Positions 40,770 to 54,400 of a DNA stretch of 64,000 nt are shown here, one piece after another. Position 1 is the stretch's first letter; each line of letters opens with the position of its first letter. The stretch is from positions 63,693 to 127,692 of the forward strand of contig JAQGDQ010000615.1 in NCBI GenBank assembly GCA_030141605.1, read 5' to 3'. The notes under the pieces are model-generated. The model worked only from the letters and a program-made list of their open reading frames with translations, searched no databases and had not been told where the DNA came from. The DNA comes from Tubiluchus corallicola. Its lineage: Eukaryota; Animalia; Priapulida. The position numbers and the translations under genes are program-made.

Positions 40770-41224
40770 CCCTTTCAATCCCAAATAATTTTTTTATTAA
40801 TAAAAAAAATTTCGGCTTGGTACTTTTGTTCAGCATGTCCATCTTGTTTACACATAATAATTTTTTCTACCTGTGTCGGCGTGCTAAATATAGCCTGTAT
40901 CACACGGGATACATTGGGATTCAATTGAAGCATAAATGCGCTTCATTTTGCAACTGCTGATGATTTTTTAAAGTATTTAAGACATTTAGTATGCTTGCTA
41001 TGCTGAACTGTACAAAATTATCTCTAAAGTACTGTACCTTGCACAGTTTTTTAAGCCATGTAGATTTTTTAGTTTGCCATTTTATCGCCATTTTTAGTCT
41101 GTTGTTATTGGCTTAAATCAAAATAACTATTAACAGATCAAATAACTGTCAGTTTTAAGATTTTGTTAATTTTAAACGCAGAAAATATTCTCGTATCCTG
41201 TGGGATACAATGGGTATGAAAGGG
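40770..41224. mobile_element. piggyBac-like MITE, copy 2 (inverted relative to copy 1)
   Basis: TTAA|CCCTTTCA...TGAAAGGG|TTAA; the internal sequence is the reverse complement of 9562-10011. Confidence 0.88.
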
Positions 41225-41316
41225 TTAATACTCACCTTGAACGAGGGAGTCATTGAATTTTTATCATTGACTGTTATTTGCAGTTGTACTACTGCTGTGC
41301 ACCAAAGTCTCATAAA

Positions 41317-44300
41317 ATGGCGGATGCAGTCGATGACACACATTTTGAGACTGGCGATTCTGGTGCATCCCAGACGTTTCCGCAGCAGTGTTCCGCTCTG
41401 CGCAAGAATGGTTTCGTGCTCCTGAAGGGACGTGCCTGTAAAATTGTGGAGATGTCAACTTCAAAGACAGGCAAGCACGGTCACGCTAAGGTAATAACTG
41501 TTTTTGTTGAGCTACCAGCCTAGGCTTGAATTATTTTACGGCAGTTTTTATAAGAGCTTTGTTACCCAAGTACATACACTATATATCGAAAAGGCAATCA
41601 TTTATTTCCTGATGGCAACATTTAATGCTTGTTCTGTGTTCTAGCGATATGTTCTAGATGTTTCAGCATTAAATGTTGCCTTCTGGAAATAAATTATTGC
41701 CTTTTCGTTATGTCCTAGATGTTGCAGCATTAAATGTTGCCTTCTGGAAATAAATTATTGCTTTTTCGTTATGTCCTAGATGTTTCAGCATTAAATGTGC
41801 CTTCTGGAAATAAATTATTGCCTTTTCGATATGTCCTAGATGTTTCAGCATTAAATGTGCCTTCTGGAAATAAATTATTGCCTTTTCGTTATGTCCTAGA
41901 TGTTTCAGCATTAAATGTGCCTTCTGGAAATAAATTATTGCCTTTTCGATATGTCCTAGATGTTTCAGCATTAAATGTGCCTTCTGGAAATAAATTATTG
42001 CCTTTTCAATATATAGCATATTTTAATAGCAGATCTATATATAGTTCATATTTTTAACTTGAATTCTTAAGCTGGTGCAGCTTTCTTGTGGCCTCCCAGT
42101 ACGCGATCAAACCTGGTTTTGAGTTGTATGTTTGTTTTTATTTGAGCCAGCCTGTGCATCCACCAATTTATTTGAATACTTGCTACTAGCCTTTTTTATA
42201 CAGGGCCGACTCAATTTCAGTGGTTTTGCTAAGACCGACACCAGGCTCGTTATTAATGTTATGCCTCTAAGATGAGTCATTGAACCAGCAGAGGTGTCTC
42301 AACTGTCAGCCACAATCCAAAATGAATATGTACTCACTCGTGAGGTAAACAGCCAGAATCAGTATGGCGATTGAAACTTCTCTGAGCGAGTAGTATCGAA
42401 CGGTTTTAACCCATCCATTCACTGACCGGCCATTCTTAACTTCGGTCGCTAATCGCGATCTTGTGAGCATTGGCCATGTACCTCGTCAGGAGTTTGATAA
42501 ATTTGAATTATGGTGGGAAATTTGTTTTCCTGCCAGAATCATTTTCTGTTGGCATTTGGTGGATTATGTGTGTGTATTATTTATATATATAATATCTATA
42601 TATATATATATATATAATATAGTATAGTATAATATAATGTAATATAATATATATATATATATATATGTATGTATATATACCAGCTGTTCAATTGACATTT
42701 GCTGATATATCAAAAATTTTTAGTTTTGAAACCAGGTTTTTATGCATTTTTGTGGTTCATCTTTGAATATTTTCGCTTTGCATTTTTTCTAAGCAACATG
42801 TTTAGTATAAATTTACCTAGTATAGTCAAACGTCTTTATGCCACCCACTTTGGGACGGGAAAAAAGTTGGTATTATAGCAAGTTTGGTGTTATAATGAGG
42901 TATGTTAGATTTTGACATTGACGAATCACAAAACAGTCAGTCGAGTGTACACAGGTTAGAGTCCTCAATTTTCACTCTGAATTTTAATGAATTAAAAGAA
43001 AGTTATTAAATTAATCATTTGTGAATTAATGAGTCACTCGCAATCAATCATCTTTATCAAGAACATGTTGTTTACATAAACGTGTCTTGTACTGAACTAT
43101 ATAATCTGTAAGCTGTAGGCCTACTGCTCCACTAAGCATGTACTGCATATGTAGAAAGAGTTAAGTCATAACTACAAATTTCTTGCTAGAATTTGCTTGG
43201 ACGATTCTTAGAAAACAAGCAATTACCGTGTTTCTTGTTGCGAAAAAAAACAACATGTTTTCTTGTCAGTTGCCATTATGACTTCGTGGCGCATTGACAA
43301 TGATGTCAGAGCTATTAATCCTTTACTATTGTGAATGTACGATGTACAGTGCAGATTGAAAACAATCGTAGCTCGATGACTTGTATTATTTTAAACGGCA
43401 CATGACGTCTGGTCAGTGTCTGCGACGTAGTGTTGAGTGTGGCAGCCTCGTACAGCTGGCATAATGTGAAGGTGATTGGTGCGGCTGTATTTCCCTATTG
43501 AACATCTCTTATATTAATTTCGCTGGTATCTTAATATATATATTTATATATAAGATTCGAGGCTACAGCTCCGTCCAGGGCACCATTTGCGGCGATCTAT
43601 ACATCAAAAGAAAGGTCTCGATCTAGTGTCGTGCCATTGATGGTTTATTTTTCGAATTGGGCCCACCGGAATGAAGGGGGGGGGCGAAAACCCCCCAAAA
43701 ATGGCCATTTTTCGGCCGTTTTTTGCAAAACGTGGTACTGGGTATGGATATATATTAATTTGCCAGGTGGATGGCGGGTAACGAAAGCCAGTATAATGGT
43801 TTATTTTTATATTCATTTGAATACAGGCGTTTTGTTCCTAGCCGTTTTGCAGGTAGTTAACGAGTTTGGCGGTGTTACGATTTTTTGACCGTCTTACAAA
43901 AATGTCTCTTTCCAGGTGCATTTGGTGGGAATTGATCTTTTCACCTCTAGAAAATATGAAGATATTTGCCCTTCGACCCACAACATGGAGGTTCCCAACG
44001 TGTCACGCAAGGATTTTCAGGTATTCTTAGTATATTGACACACTTTCCAATCTCGGCTTTTGCCTGTCGACTTTGCCGTTCAGCAAGAGTTACTGTCACT
44101 GTCATATCATCTTACTGTTGCTTATATAAAAGTACTGGTCATGCTTAGTAATTCTACCCAAACTTGGTAATTTTTACCAGTTGGCAGCTAATCATACTGT
44201 TCATTTATCGTTCGTACATGTTTGGTTTATCACTAATGATTGTATAAAATTAAGGCATCTGCTAAATGTCGATGTGCCAGCCTTCCCGATTTCCCCCTTT

Positions 44301-45787
44301 TTAACCTTTAACCAATATTGTGTCGGAAACTTCCAATTTTTTAGCACAATGCCACTTTCCTTACTCCTAAGTGTTGGATTATTAGACTAACAACGCTGGA
44401 GCTTTATATTCTTAAAATGTCTGCTACCTTTTTAGGTATAGACATCCAGCTATTTCTTGCTCTGCTCAAATACTTTATTTTGATTTTTAATTAAAGAGTC
44501 ATAAAGGTAGAAGACTGTGTCAGGGTTCCCGCTAACGGGTTTTAGAATTTTACTTTTAATTTTTGTGCGTTTGTCTTTGTTAAATAGTTGGTTGATATCG
44601 ATTCGGATGGGTTTATGAGTCTGATGGACGACAGTGGTGAGACACGCGAAGACCTGAAACTTCCCGATTCTGACCTCGGCAAGGAAATCAAAGACCGTTT
44701 TGATAATGACGAACATTTGCTGGTACGTTTTTGTGTCAATGAGAATCTCCAAATTGTGCCTTAAGATATTGTGAGAAATTGTATATTTTTGCGAGAATCA
44801 TGGGCGACGCAAGGAACCATTGCAAAAATATAATTATTGAAATAAGTTAAGTAATTAAGGGCGTGGTTGCTAAGCAAATGTTTAGATTTCTTCTGGTCTT
44901 TTATGACACAAACAGTGGATTAATGTTCAAAGAATGCTCGGTCAAGCAGAATTAATGTAATTCAGTTCGGTAAGCAAGGAATGGTTTCATGCATTTATAG
45001 CTATTAATTGCTCGTTTTCTCTTTGGTTTGTTAAGACGAGGCAAGTAATGCAGTTTCTCAGGAGATAAACTGTTTCTCAGACTGTTAAAACTGACACTAA
45101 AACAATTGTTTCAAATTTAGCCAACTGGTGTTTCTCCCCCTAAGTAGAGAGACTTGTTTTTATTAGCCTGACTATTGCATAATGTTTTGACCGTCGTGAT
45201 GACCGATCTTATTTTCAAATCATGTTGCAGTTTCGCGTTTTGCAATCTTGTCGAATTTTGTGCTACGGTTGGCAGTTGCGTAGTCAAATGTTGATTTTCT
45301 TTGTGGTTTTCAGGGATGAGAATTTTCCGTGGATATGCGGAATTCCGAATTTTTGGAAGACCAGTAGTGCCATTTTTGTTAATCGCGTAAATTCGTCGCG
45401 AAAATTTTTACGGACCCAGTACATTGTTTCACAAGCTGACCGCTAGTTGGCAGGCCGTCACTTTGTTTACATCACATACATCAGTGTAACCATGTGTATA
45501 TCTCTATGTGTAAAAATATAGAATCAATTGTGCGGAGTTATTTGAGTCAAGTGCAGACAGTTTTTATATATAAAATATAGGCTTCACCCCCTTGAACCCC
45601 CATGGGGGGGCGTACGCAGCCCCCAAACCTCCGGCCTGTTTCACAGTTTTTTGCAATTTGTCATTCTCATCTCTGTGTTTTCGGAGTGATTTGAGATTGT
45701 GTTGTTTCTCTTTTCTAGATTACTGTCCTGAAAGCAATGAGAGAGGAGTGCGCCATTGCTGTTAAAGCTTTGAGTGAGAAGAAATAA
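41317..45787 (+). CDS. EIF5A: Eukaryotic translation initiation factor 5A, 4 coding exons, 160 aa
   Basis: Exons 41317-41490, 43916-44020, 44588-44722 and 45719-45787. Hypusine motif [12 protein letters not shown]|VHLVGID and [11 protein letters not shown]. Confidence 0.98.
41581..42016. repeat. Fold-back element: one inverted arm plus six tandem 60-bp copies of its complement
   Basis: 41581-41628 is the reverse complement of the unit segment AGCATTAAATG(T)TGCCTTCTGGAAATAAATTATTGCCTTTTCG, which repeats from 41650 to 42008. Confidence 0.88.
42255..42480 (-). mobile_element. Second, more degraded 5S-like SINE family; tail also present at ~35790-35835
   Basis: The minus strand reads CCGAAGTTAAG...GGCCGGTCAGT..TGGATGGGT (5S box A/C-like). 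The tail GAGACACCTCTGCTG.TTCA.TG..TCATCTTAGAG is shared with 35790. Confidence 0.5.
45311..45675. mobile_element. hAT-type MITE in eIF5A intron 3
   Basis: TIR CAG(G/A)GATGAGAAT at both ends; G/C-run-rich interior; TSD only approximate. Confidence 0.7.
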
Positions 45788-48700
45788 GTTAAGCGGTACT
45801 AGCTAAGTTTTGTCAGCGTTGGGTGAGACTATAAAGTATGTAGAAAAACGATTCGTTTTTAGCTTACCTGTTTTGTCACCTATAATCATGCATCTGTTTG
45901 TTGTACAATGTTATAATTTGCACCATAAGGTCACAAAAACATGGCGTCAACTGTGAATAATGTCGGATCTTTATATTTCATATGGTTATGTTGAACTGTT
46001 AGTATGTTGCTGTCATTTACAAGAATAGCCAGTATTCATAAACTCCTTTGCACTTGAACCACTTGAAAACTGTTCTGTTGTTTCTGCTTGCTTTATTGTT
46101 GTTTATTATTTCACGTTATTATTTATCGTGTGTGCCGGGTGTAGCTCCGCACTTACTAAGAAACTATTTATCTAAATTTGTTTTGTATATTTATATTATA
46201 TAGCAATGTGATATTCACTTTGTTAATGAAATAAATATCAACTCTAGCTGACTGTTTCCAAATTTTGAAAATGCGGCATAGGTACCTGCTGTATGCGTAT
46301 GTAACGTTTTCGTCTTATCTACCCATTGAAAGGTTTTTCTTCAAAAATGATTGTAAAATGAGTCATTTCATCGGATTTGTATTTTCCACTGTCGTCAGTA
46401 CCAACTAAAATTGTATTTAATTTTTTGTCTTTGTCGTAGTTGTTGTTGGTAATTACTCTCATCCAATGTTGACATATCGACTGTTATGTTCTGGAGTAAT
46501 AACACCCCCATGTGTGTGTTATTACGTTTAGTGTGTGCTGAAGCAGTATTCGGCGCTGTGCCTGATTATATGACGATGTGGTGCAATTAAAGACATTATG
46601 AAATGATTTAGACTATTGTGGGGATTGGGGAGGGGGTGAGTTAAATGCTGTTTTAAGAGTTGAATGTGTGCTGCTTTTCCTGATTGAAATTGATGAAACG
46701 TTTTTATTAAGTATTTTGTAAAAACAATTGGAGACTACTAGTTTTAATCTGTGAACCTGCGGCTGCTCTGGGACAATTAATAATGACTAAAAATCAAGTT
46801 TGCCACTTTTCAACAATTTACCACACATTCGAGTTTGCTACTTTTGCTGATATGTTGAGGTTCTCGTTTCCTGGCTGTAGTAGGTTCTAGCATGGTCGTG
46901 AAGCATTGGGTTCACTTATATTAGCGCAGGATAGCTTCTTTAGTGTCCATATTCTTCATTCCTCAATCTTTTTACATTTGCACGCAGAAACTCTAGACAT
47001 CTTCTATTCTTTTCTCAGTATTTGGCGCAGGTAAATTGTTGACCGTGTCTACAGGGTGTTTATGCATCGTTTATACTGCCCAGGAGCGGGACCAACTCGT
47101 TCTATAAAGTCCAGTTTCAGTTTCAAAGCGGAATTTTTATCCGAGCCCCAAAAAAATCGGTTTCACATAAGCCCTTAAGGGAATTTTGTACTGGAGTCAC
47201 AAGGACTTGAACTCCTACATGCGTTGCATTCCGTCTTGAAACTTGGCGGACATTTTGGAACTTCTATTCAAATTCAGTAACCTTTATCATAGCAACAACA
47301 TTTTATTCTCGCCAGATACCTGTGCATAGCATGTTCACACTGGAGATGGTTTACTTATAGTGGGATTGTGTATTTTCTGTGATATGCAGTGTTTAATTTA
47401 TACACATCTTACCTTGCATCCATACAAACATCTGAAAAATGCTTTTCTATAAAAATGTAACTGAAATTGTTCAATTAAATCATTGTTTTTGTAATTAAAT
47501 GCGTTTTTCCTTAAATTTTGTTTGAGACGCTAGACATCGCTGCTTAGCCAAACGAAATTGTATGTTTGTGAAGACCTTTATAGTTTAACGTGGAGTTTTT
47601 TATATAAAAAGGGTAAATGTTCAACATACTACGCTACATAATTTCGTAGTAAATGGGCAGTCAATTTGTTGCAAAGGCCTGTTCATTGGCTAACATAATT
47701 TTGTCATGATTGGGTTGTATGTCTTTTAAGTAATGGAGTAACTTACAGCTCTTTTTTGTGCTCTGTAGTAACTTTTCCTTTTACAGCTAGATTGTGTGTC
47801 TGTGGGCTTGGTAGCTATGCAACTTCCTTTTGGATAATGGAGGACCTTATTCATTGTTGTATTGCGGTCATAGAAAAATTTAGTTCCTGAAACTTGGGAT
47901 GTTTGTTGCATAATGCTTTTGTATCCGTGTTGCAAAGTCTGGGAGTATTCCGACAGTCTTTGTTAAATGTCGATTAGTGTTAACCAGCCTTTAGCACTCG
48001 TATTACTTTTTGTTTTCTCCTGCTGGTAAAGATGAGTTAGGATTAACCAGGCTTTATTAAATTGTGAAGCTTAAGATAATTTGCTGCGGCGAAAGAGCAT
48101 ATCAAACACGCTGGTCATGAGTGTGTCGGTAAAATCAACGTTTGGGATTGTTAAGTCTTCCAGTGCGTGTTAATTATACTGAAATTGTTAGAGACAGTTC
48201 CTATTCCCACTGATGCATGCACTCTTCACCAGGTTTGTCAGCAGCAAATATAGTTTTTTGTGTACAATATTTTGTTTTTGGAACACAAATTCTCATTTGG
48301 TGCATTATTTATCTGTTTATGTTAATGGTTAAGGATATAAATTTGTACATATAGGTACATACCTTGTAAGGACGATACTAGTATTTACTTAATTTAACAA
48401 CAAATGCTTGTTGGATTGACACGTATAATAAATTTGTCATTGATTTTTGAAGTAATGGTGGAAAAGACAAATGTACGATGCCTAGTACTTGTTGATTGTT
48501 TGAACTGCCACTAGTGGAATGAGTTCCTGCTAATGCTTCTTTTGTTGCCTTGTTATGTTTACAATGAATGTGTTTGATCAAGTGGCAGTGGATTTTATCA
48601 GAACAGAAGTGCCATCTAGTATGTAATTCTGCAACTATTACAAAAAGGCATTGTGACTATTCTGATAAGTAGCCTGAAAGGAATAGTTATTATGATGGAT

Positions 48701-51485
48701 GGGTTGTAAAATTATTCTGAAAAAAAACATGACCAAACATGCTACACGAAGATTACATGTCTTTTTTTGAACAGTAGCTGCTGTTGTCTTATCATTCATT
48801 AAATCCAGTGGCAGTCTACTATTTACTTAACATCATTTTTCAGGTTGTATGAAAATAAATTTTTTTAGGAAGACATGTAATTGTAATTATGCTAGGGTAT
48901 AACAAAATGGCCTCACTTCTAGTTCGTAGTAATTTCACCCGATTTTATTTATGCGTACCATTATAAACTAATACTAGGGCGGGACAGGTTTGGATGTAAT
49001 AATAATTATTGTAAACTAAACATTGTTATTGCATATAAGTATTGATCATAATTTTGCTGAAAGTTGCTGTATGTTGTTTCTTGTTTTAATGTATAATATG
49101 TTTGTGAAAATGATATTTTTTCATTGTATGTACATGAAGAGGCTTTAGTCCTTTGTCCGGACAATGTCTTATATTCTTTTGAAAGGCACTAAGACACGCC
49201 GCATGCTGATAGTGTGATTCCAGAGCTCATTAAACACATTGTAAGCGGATTTGCTACCCGAATGATCGGTTTCATCTTGGTTTATTCTATCACTGCTAAT
49301 ACTTTCTAGATGTTTTTGATTTTGGAAGCTCCCGTTTGTTTTCTGGAAAGAGTTGCAAAACATGGAGTGTGTTTCGGCTTTCATTTGTAAAATGTAGTCG
49401 TTCTTGTTTGCGTGCATATTAGTTGTCATTTTATTATTCATTGTGCTTATATGAATTTACTTGTAATAAGTCCGGGCCAACTTTCTTTGTTTTGCTAGTG
49501 TGATGCTAATGATCACACTACTGTTAATGTTTCAATTGTAACTGTATGTACGTCGATATTGGTGTTGCTCTCTGCAAATTTACATAAATTAATATTCTCA
49601 GTTTCAGCTTATATGCTTAAATATGTGTAATTACTTTCAAAATGTTATGCTCCCAAAACATTTCCTGTTGACTGGGTTATCTGGATTTTGAATTTCTCAT
49701 TTTTGGGAACAACACGAATGTTGACTTTTATGAGACAAATAAAACATTTGTGACACATCTACCGGTATCATTTAGTTTCTGTAGTACATGCTTATTTTCA
49801 TACATATGTTTATGCGCTATTATGCTTTGTGTTTTATTTTTGAATTACTTACTAAAACATGTTATTGTCTATTGGAGAAGGTCTTTGTTTTGTTGCAATT
49901 GTGTTACCATGACTTTTTTTGTTTGCAAGACTTTGTTAGCTGAAATATATTTTGTAGCCATATTTTGAAATGTTTCCGTTCAGTGATCCTGTAACCGAGT
50001 ATACTACAAGGGGTTTTTTCTTTAATTTGATCATTTTTGTTGACTTTTCTGGCATTTGTTTGGTGGCAATTTTATTTTGCGTTTGCAACGTGTTTATTTT
50101 GCTTGAGTAGAAAGGGCTCTGCGTATTAAATCAGTGGGTGCTGATTTGTGCTCGCAAACGGTGCACTGAGTTGAACTGTAGACATAGTTTTGCATTGTTT
50201 GACCTCATGAACATTGAAGTACATGTATTAATAAACATGTCAATTGGACAAAGTTACTTTTGCAAATCTCTTATTTGGCTTTTGATATGTTTCGTGTTCT
50301 TTGCTATGATGCTGCAAAAATGAAAACTTTCTCAGTTTGTACTGCAGATGAACAAAGTCATCTACAACTGTTACTGTGCTGTAAATATATGTCTAAAACA
50401 GAAAAAAATTCTTTAGAACAGCAGTATTACATTTGTGACATTTCTTCAAATATAGTGCACTGCCATGTCTTGTGTTAATTCTAAGTTGAAGTTGTCTGTA
50501 GTCTGTTCTACGTAAGGCTATTTATACCATGTAGGATGTTCCAAGTTCAGATGAAAAACAATTTTCTCTCACAGTTCCTGTTTGTATTTTATATTACGAG
50601 TAAGAAAAAATTGTTCTTCGTCTGAGCTTAGTCGATTTTATGTTGTACTGTATATACATACTTTTGTCGTGGACGTTATAGATTTTATATAGGGCAGACC
50701 ACAAGGCACACGATAACTTTCATTTACAACCAAAGAGCAGTTGAGACTTTATAGTGCATTATTTGTACAGCACTGTCACAATTGTAATGTAAAAAATTTA
50801 AAAATTAAACACTAAGACATCGGTTTAAATAATGGAGAAATTATATTATTTTCCTTTGTGAATACACCGACACAGTCACATACGATCATCAAAGAAAAAT
50901 GTTTTTGATTATGCAAAGGTAGTGATATGGAAATTTGCACAAAAATGTATAACACAGAAAATAATACTGTTCACATAGACTAGTGCTGACATCTATTTTA
51001 CAAAACTACACACAATCCAATGTTTATTAAAAGCAAGAAGACTACACAGTATCACATTTACACGTCGAATTATGCACATCAAGTTTAACACTGCCATTGT
51101 ATATAATTCTAAAAATACCAAAAAATGTCCGAATTTTATACATGAGTGGAAGATCTAATGACAATAATTTGTTTGACTAGGCTTTAAAATGACAAATATA
51201 AAAAAGTAAAAAACAGCTATTGTATATCACATAAAACAGACACCAGTGAGAAGTTCACGTCACACTCGTACTAAAAGAAATTTACTTAATTAAAATGTAC
51301 ATCTGCAAACACATCTAAGCACTATTACATGATCTCTAGTAGAAATAGACACAGCTTTGATACGCACATCGGTAACTAATTAACAATATCCATCAAACAT
51401 ATTATCAGATTACAGTTTTTCTCGTGATTTTTTTTGCTAGTAAAATTCACTTCAAATTGGCACGTTAATAATATGCTGTTACTAG

Positions 51486-54400
51486 TTATTTGTTTTCAAA
51501 CGCATTGGCTCTCGCTTTAAATGCTGCCTTCTTATCTTCTTCCGCTTTCTGTGCTTCCTTTTCTTTTCGTTTCCGCTCGTGATCTTTCCGCTGTTCCTCC
51601 AGGCATTCCTGTCTGTACTTTTCCTCGTCTTGCGTTTTACGAGCCTAAAAACCCGGCATGTGCAGAGTAATGATCTCAATTTTTGTTTACAAAAATGTGA
51701 AGCGCTTTAGGCTTCTGCAGTGGGGATAACAGCGCTGAATGAATGCAGTGTAAAAGTACCTCTTAATTACCTTAGATTGATGTAAAAGTACCTCTTAACT
51801 ACCTCAGATTGATGTAAAAGTACCTCTTAATTACCTTAGATTGATGTAAAAGTACAGAATTCTAAAACAGTTGGGCTATTAGGTTTTATGACATGCAATG
51901 TTTCATTACAAAAAGGTGGTTGTGATGGCAGGGAAAGACAATGCCAGTGCTTGTGATGGCAGGGAAAGACAGTGCCAGTGCTTGTGATGGCAGGGAAAGA
52001 CAATGCCAGTGCTTGTGATGGCAGGGAAAGACAATGCCAGTGCTTGTGATGGCAGGGAAAGAAAATTCCGGTGCTAGTGATGGCAGGGAAAGACAATGCC
52101 AGTGCTTGTGATGGCAGGGAAAGACAATGCCAGTGCTTGTGATGGCAGGGAAAGACAATGCCAGTGCTTGTGATGGCAGGGAAAGACAATGCCAGTGCTT
52201 GTGATGGCAGTGAAAGACAATGCCAGTGCTTGTGATGGCAGGGAAAGACAATGCCAGTGCTTGTGATGGCAGGGAAAGACAATGCCAGTGCTTGTGATGG
52301 CAGGGAAAGACAATGCCACGATGTTTTTGAAAGTAAAGCGCTGTTTTGAGACTGACACACTGCTTTACCTAGCGCACCATAGTTACTGTTATCATATTCA
52401 CATGAATGTGTAGAACTTTGTAGTCTGGCTTTAATAAGTAATTAAGTGTCACTATTTCTTGCATTAAAAAGAAATGATGTTGAAAAGAACTCAAGTCTAC
52501 CAAGAGATCTTTCCAAACACCTTGTATAAATACCTCTAACTAAGCCCATTGAGTCTATGTAGTAAAATTTGGTAAATCGCATATATATATATACGTATGT
52601 ATTGCAGAGCATGCCAGATGTACGAATGCTCATGAAATGTAGACCTCCAGGGCCCTTAGACTGTTGATGTGGGATGCATCATTAGAACTTCTTTCACTCT
52701 CTATAATCTCCCAGAGATTATTACAGTCAGGATTCAATATTTGGTGCATGCTTCACTATACTCATAACGATATGATCAACTTTCCAACTTGCACAATTTT
52801 TGATTTTTTTGCAACAAAACCAAGTGTAACTGAAGATAAGTAACTTGTTCTGTCCAGAGAAATAGAATTCACGTAATTAATTTGCTACAAATAAAAGATA
52901 CCTATTATTCTACTTGAATCAAATGAGGATGCGGTTGACAGGAAATCAATTTTCTGGAGAAATTTCTCAGGATAAGCACCAAGCAGAAAAAACCTGATCT
53001 GATTTACAAGCGGCTGATTTGCATCTAGGAATTACAGGGCAAGCCTGTGAGCGGAAGAAAGATGAGCAGTACAAACAAAAGGGTAGGATTTAGGCAGGGC
53101 CTATTTCAGCCTAGGCGAGGCCCGGGGAAGTGGGACATGTGAGGCCCCCTCGGGGGGGGGGGTGTCTCGCAAAGCACCGGGGGGGGCACACACCATGGTT
53201 GGCATCCAGAAAATTTTTGAACTGCTAGAATGCTGGAGAAGTATTTTCGAAGAAAAAATATGGAATTATACAGTTGTTAAAGGAAAGAACAATTGAAAGA
53301 AAAACTGCTTTTTATTCTCAAGACCAGTCCTTAATACTTGTCAATACTGGCAAACGGTGCACGTGCGGCAGGAGAGAGAGGAGCCAGTATGTTCGCATAA
53401 AGCAAAAAAAGGTTACCTTGGCGCGAGGCCCCGGGGAAGTATCACCACTTCCCCCCCTTGAAATAGGCCCTGGACTTAGGAACCAATGACAAGCCTGTGA
53501 GCGGAAGAAAGATGAACAGTACAAACTACAAACAAAATGCTGGGACTTAGGAACCGGTAACGAGAGGTCGTGAGAGCATCTTGTATATAGTACTATATTA
53601 GGGATAGCAAAAAAAACGACTTATAGAAACTGGCCTTTGATGAAGAGACTACAAGGTTGATGCCAAATTAGACCGCACCAAGTTGGCAATATGATTTGCA
53701 ATGTGTTAAGATTGTTACGGTAATAAGCTTTGGTATCAGCACATGTATGACTGCAGCATCTCGTACAAGGAAATACTTGGCACGGTAAGAATAAGGAATT
53801 TGTAGCAGGAAGCCAATTACAGGAAATGAAGCTTGTTTTCTGAACATACCAGTTGCATATTGCTCCACCATAGGCTTCACTACCCCCTACGAAAATTAAT
53901 GTTTGATGAAGAGACTCAGGAGTTAACTATAAATTGAGTCGATATTAAAGATTCTTTAACGATCGCAGAGGAGTTAGCAATCAGAGCTTTTAGCTATTAA
54001 TAAAGTGGTGAATGTTTTTTTTATTTAGTGGTTTTTGTTTTTTATCAAAACATAAGTACACTACTGGCACAAAAATTATGAAAATTACTTTGTGTTACTA
54101 GTAAGTCTAATGAAAACACAAACCTGCAGTACAATGTGCAAAAATTTACATGATATACATGCTGCAAAGAAAAGCACTAAGTGTTGTCATAGGCATTGTT
54201 GCAAGCAGCTGTTTGTGGTAAATAGGAAATTGTGTGAAATGATCAGTGATTTTGGGGCTTGGTAGGATGACATTGCATTCATTTTTTTCTCACTGACTTT
54301 GACTGTACTTACCTGGGCCTCAAAATATTTGGCAGAACTTCCGACGCCTTTTTCTTTCACATCAATCTCTGGTGCATCGCGATCTCTGTTCGCTTGCACC

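Noticed and set aside
40285-40842. 185-aa minus-strand ORF
   Set aside because: It begins inside a MITE, is antisense in the eIF5A 5' intron, and has no recognisable domain.
45194-45260. Intronic C/D snoRNA in eIF5A (GTGATGA box C)
   Set aside because: No box D (CTGA) or terminal stem at a suitable distance.
52940-52995. MALAT1-like triple-helix (ENE) element; also AAAGGTTTTTCTT at ~46329
   Set aside because: It lacks the paired U-rich tracts, the matching A-rich tract and a downstream tRNA-like structure.
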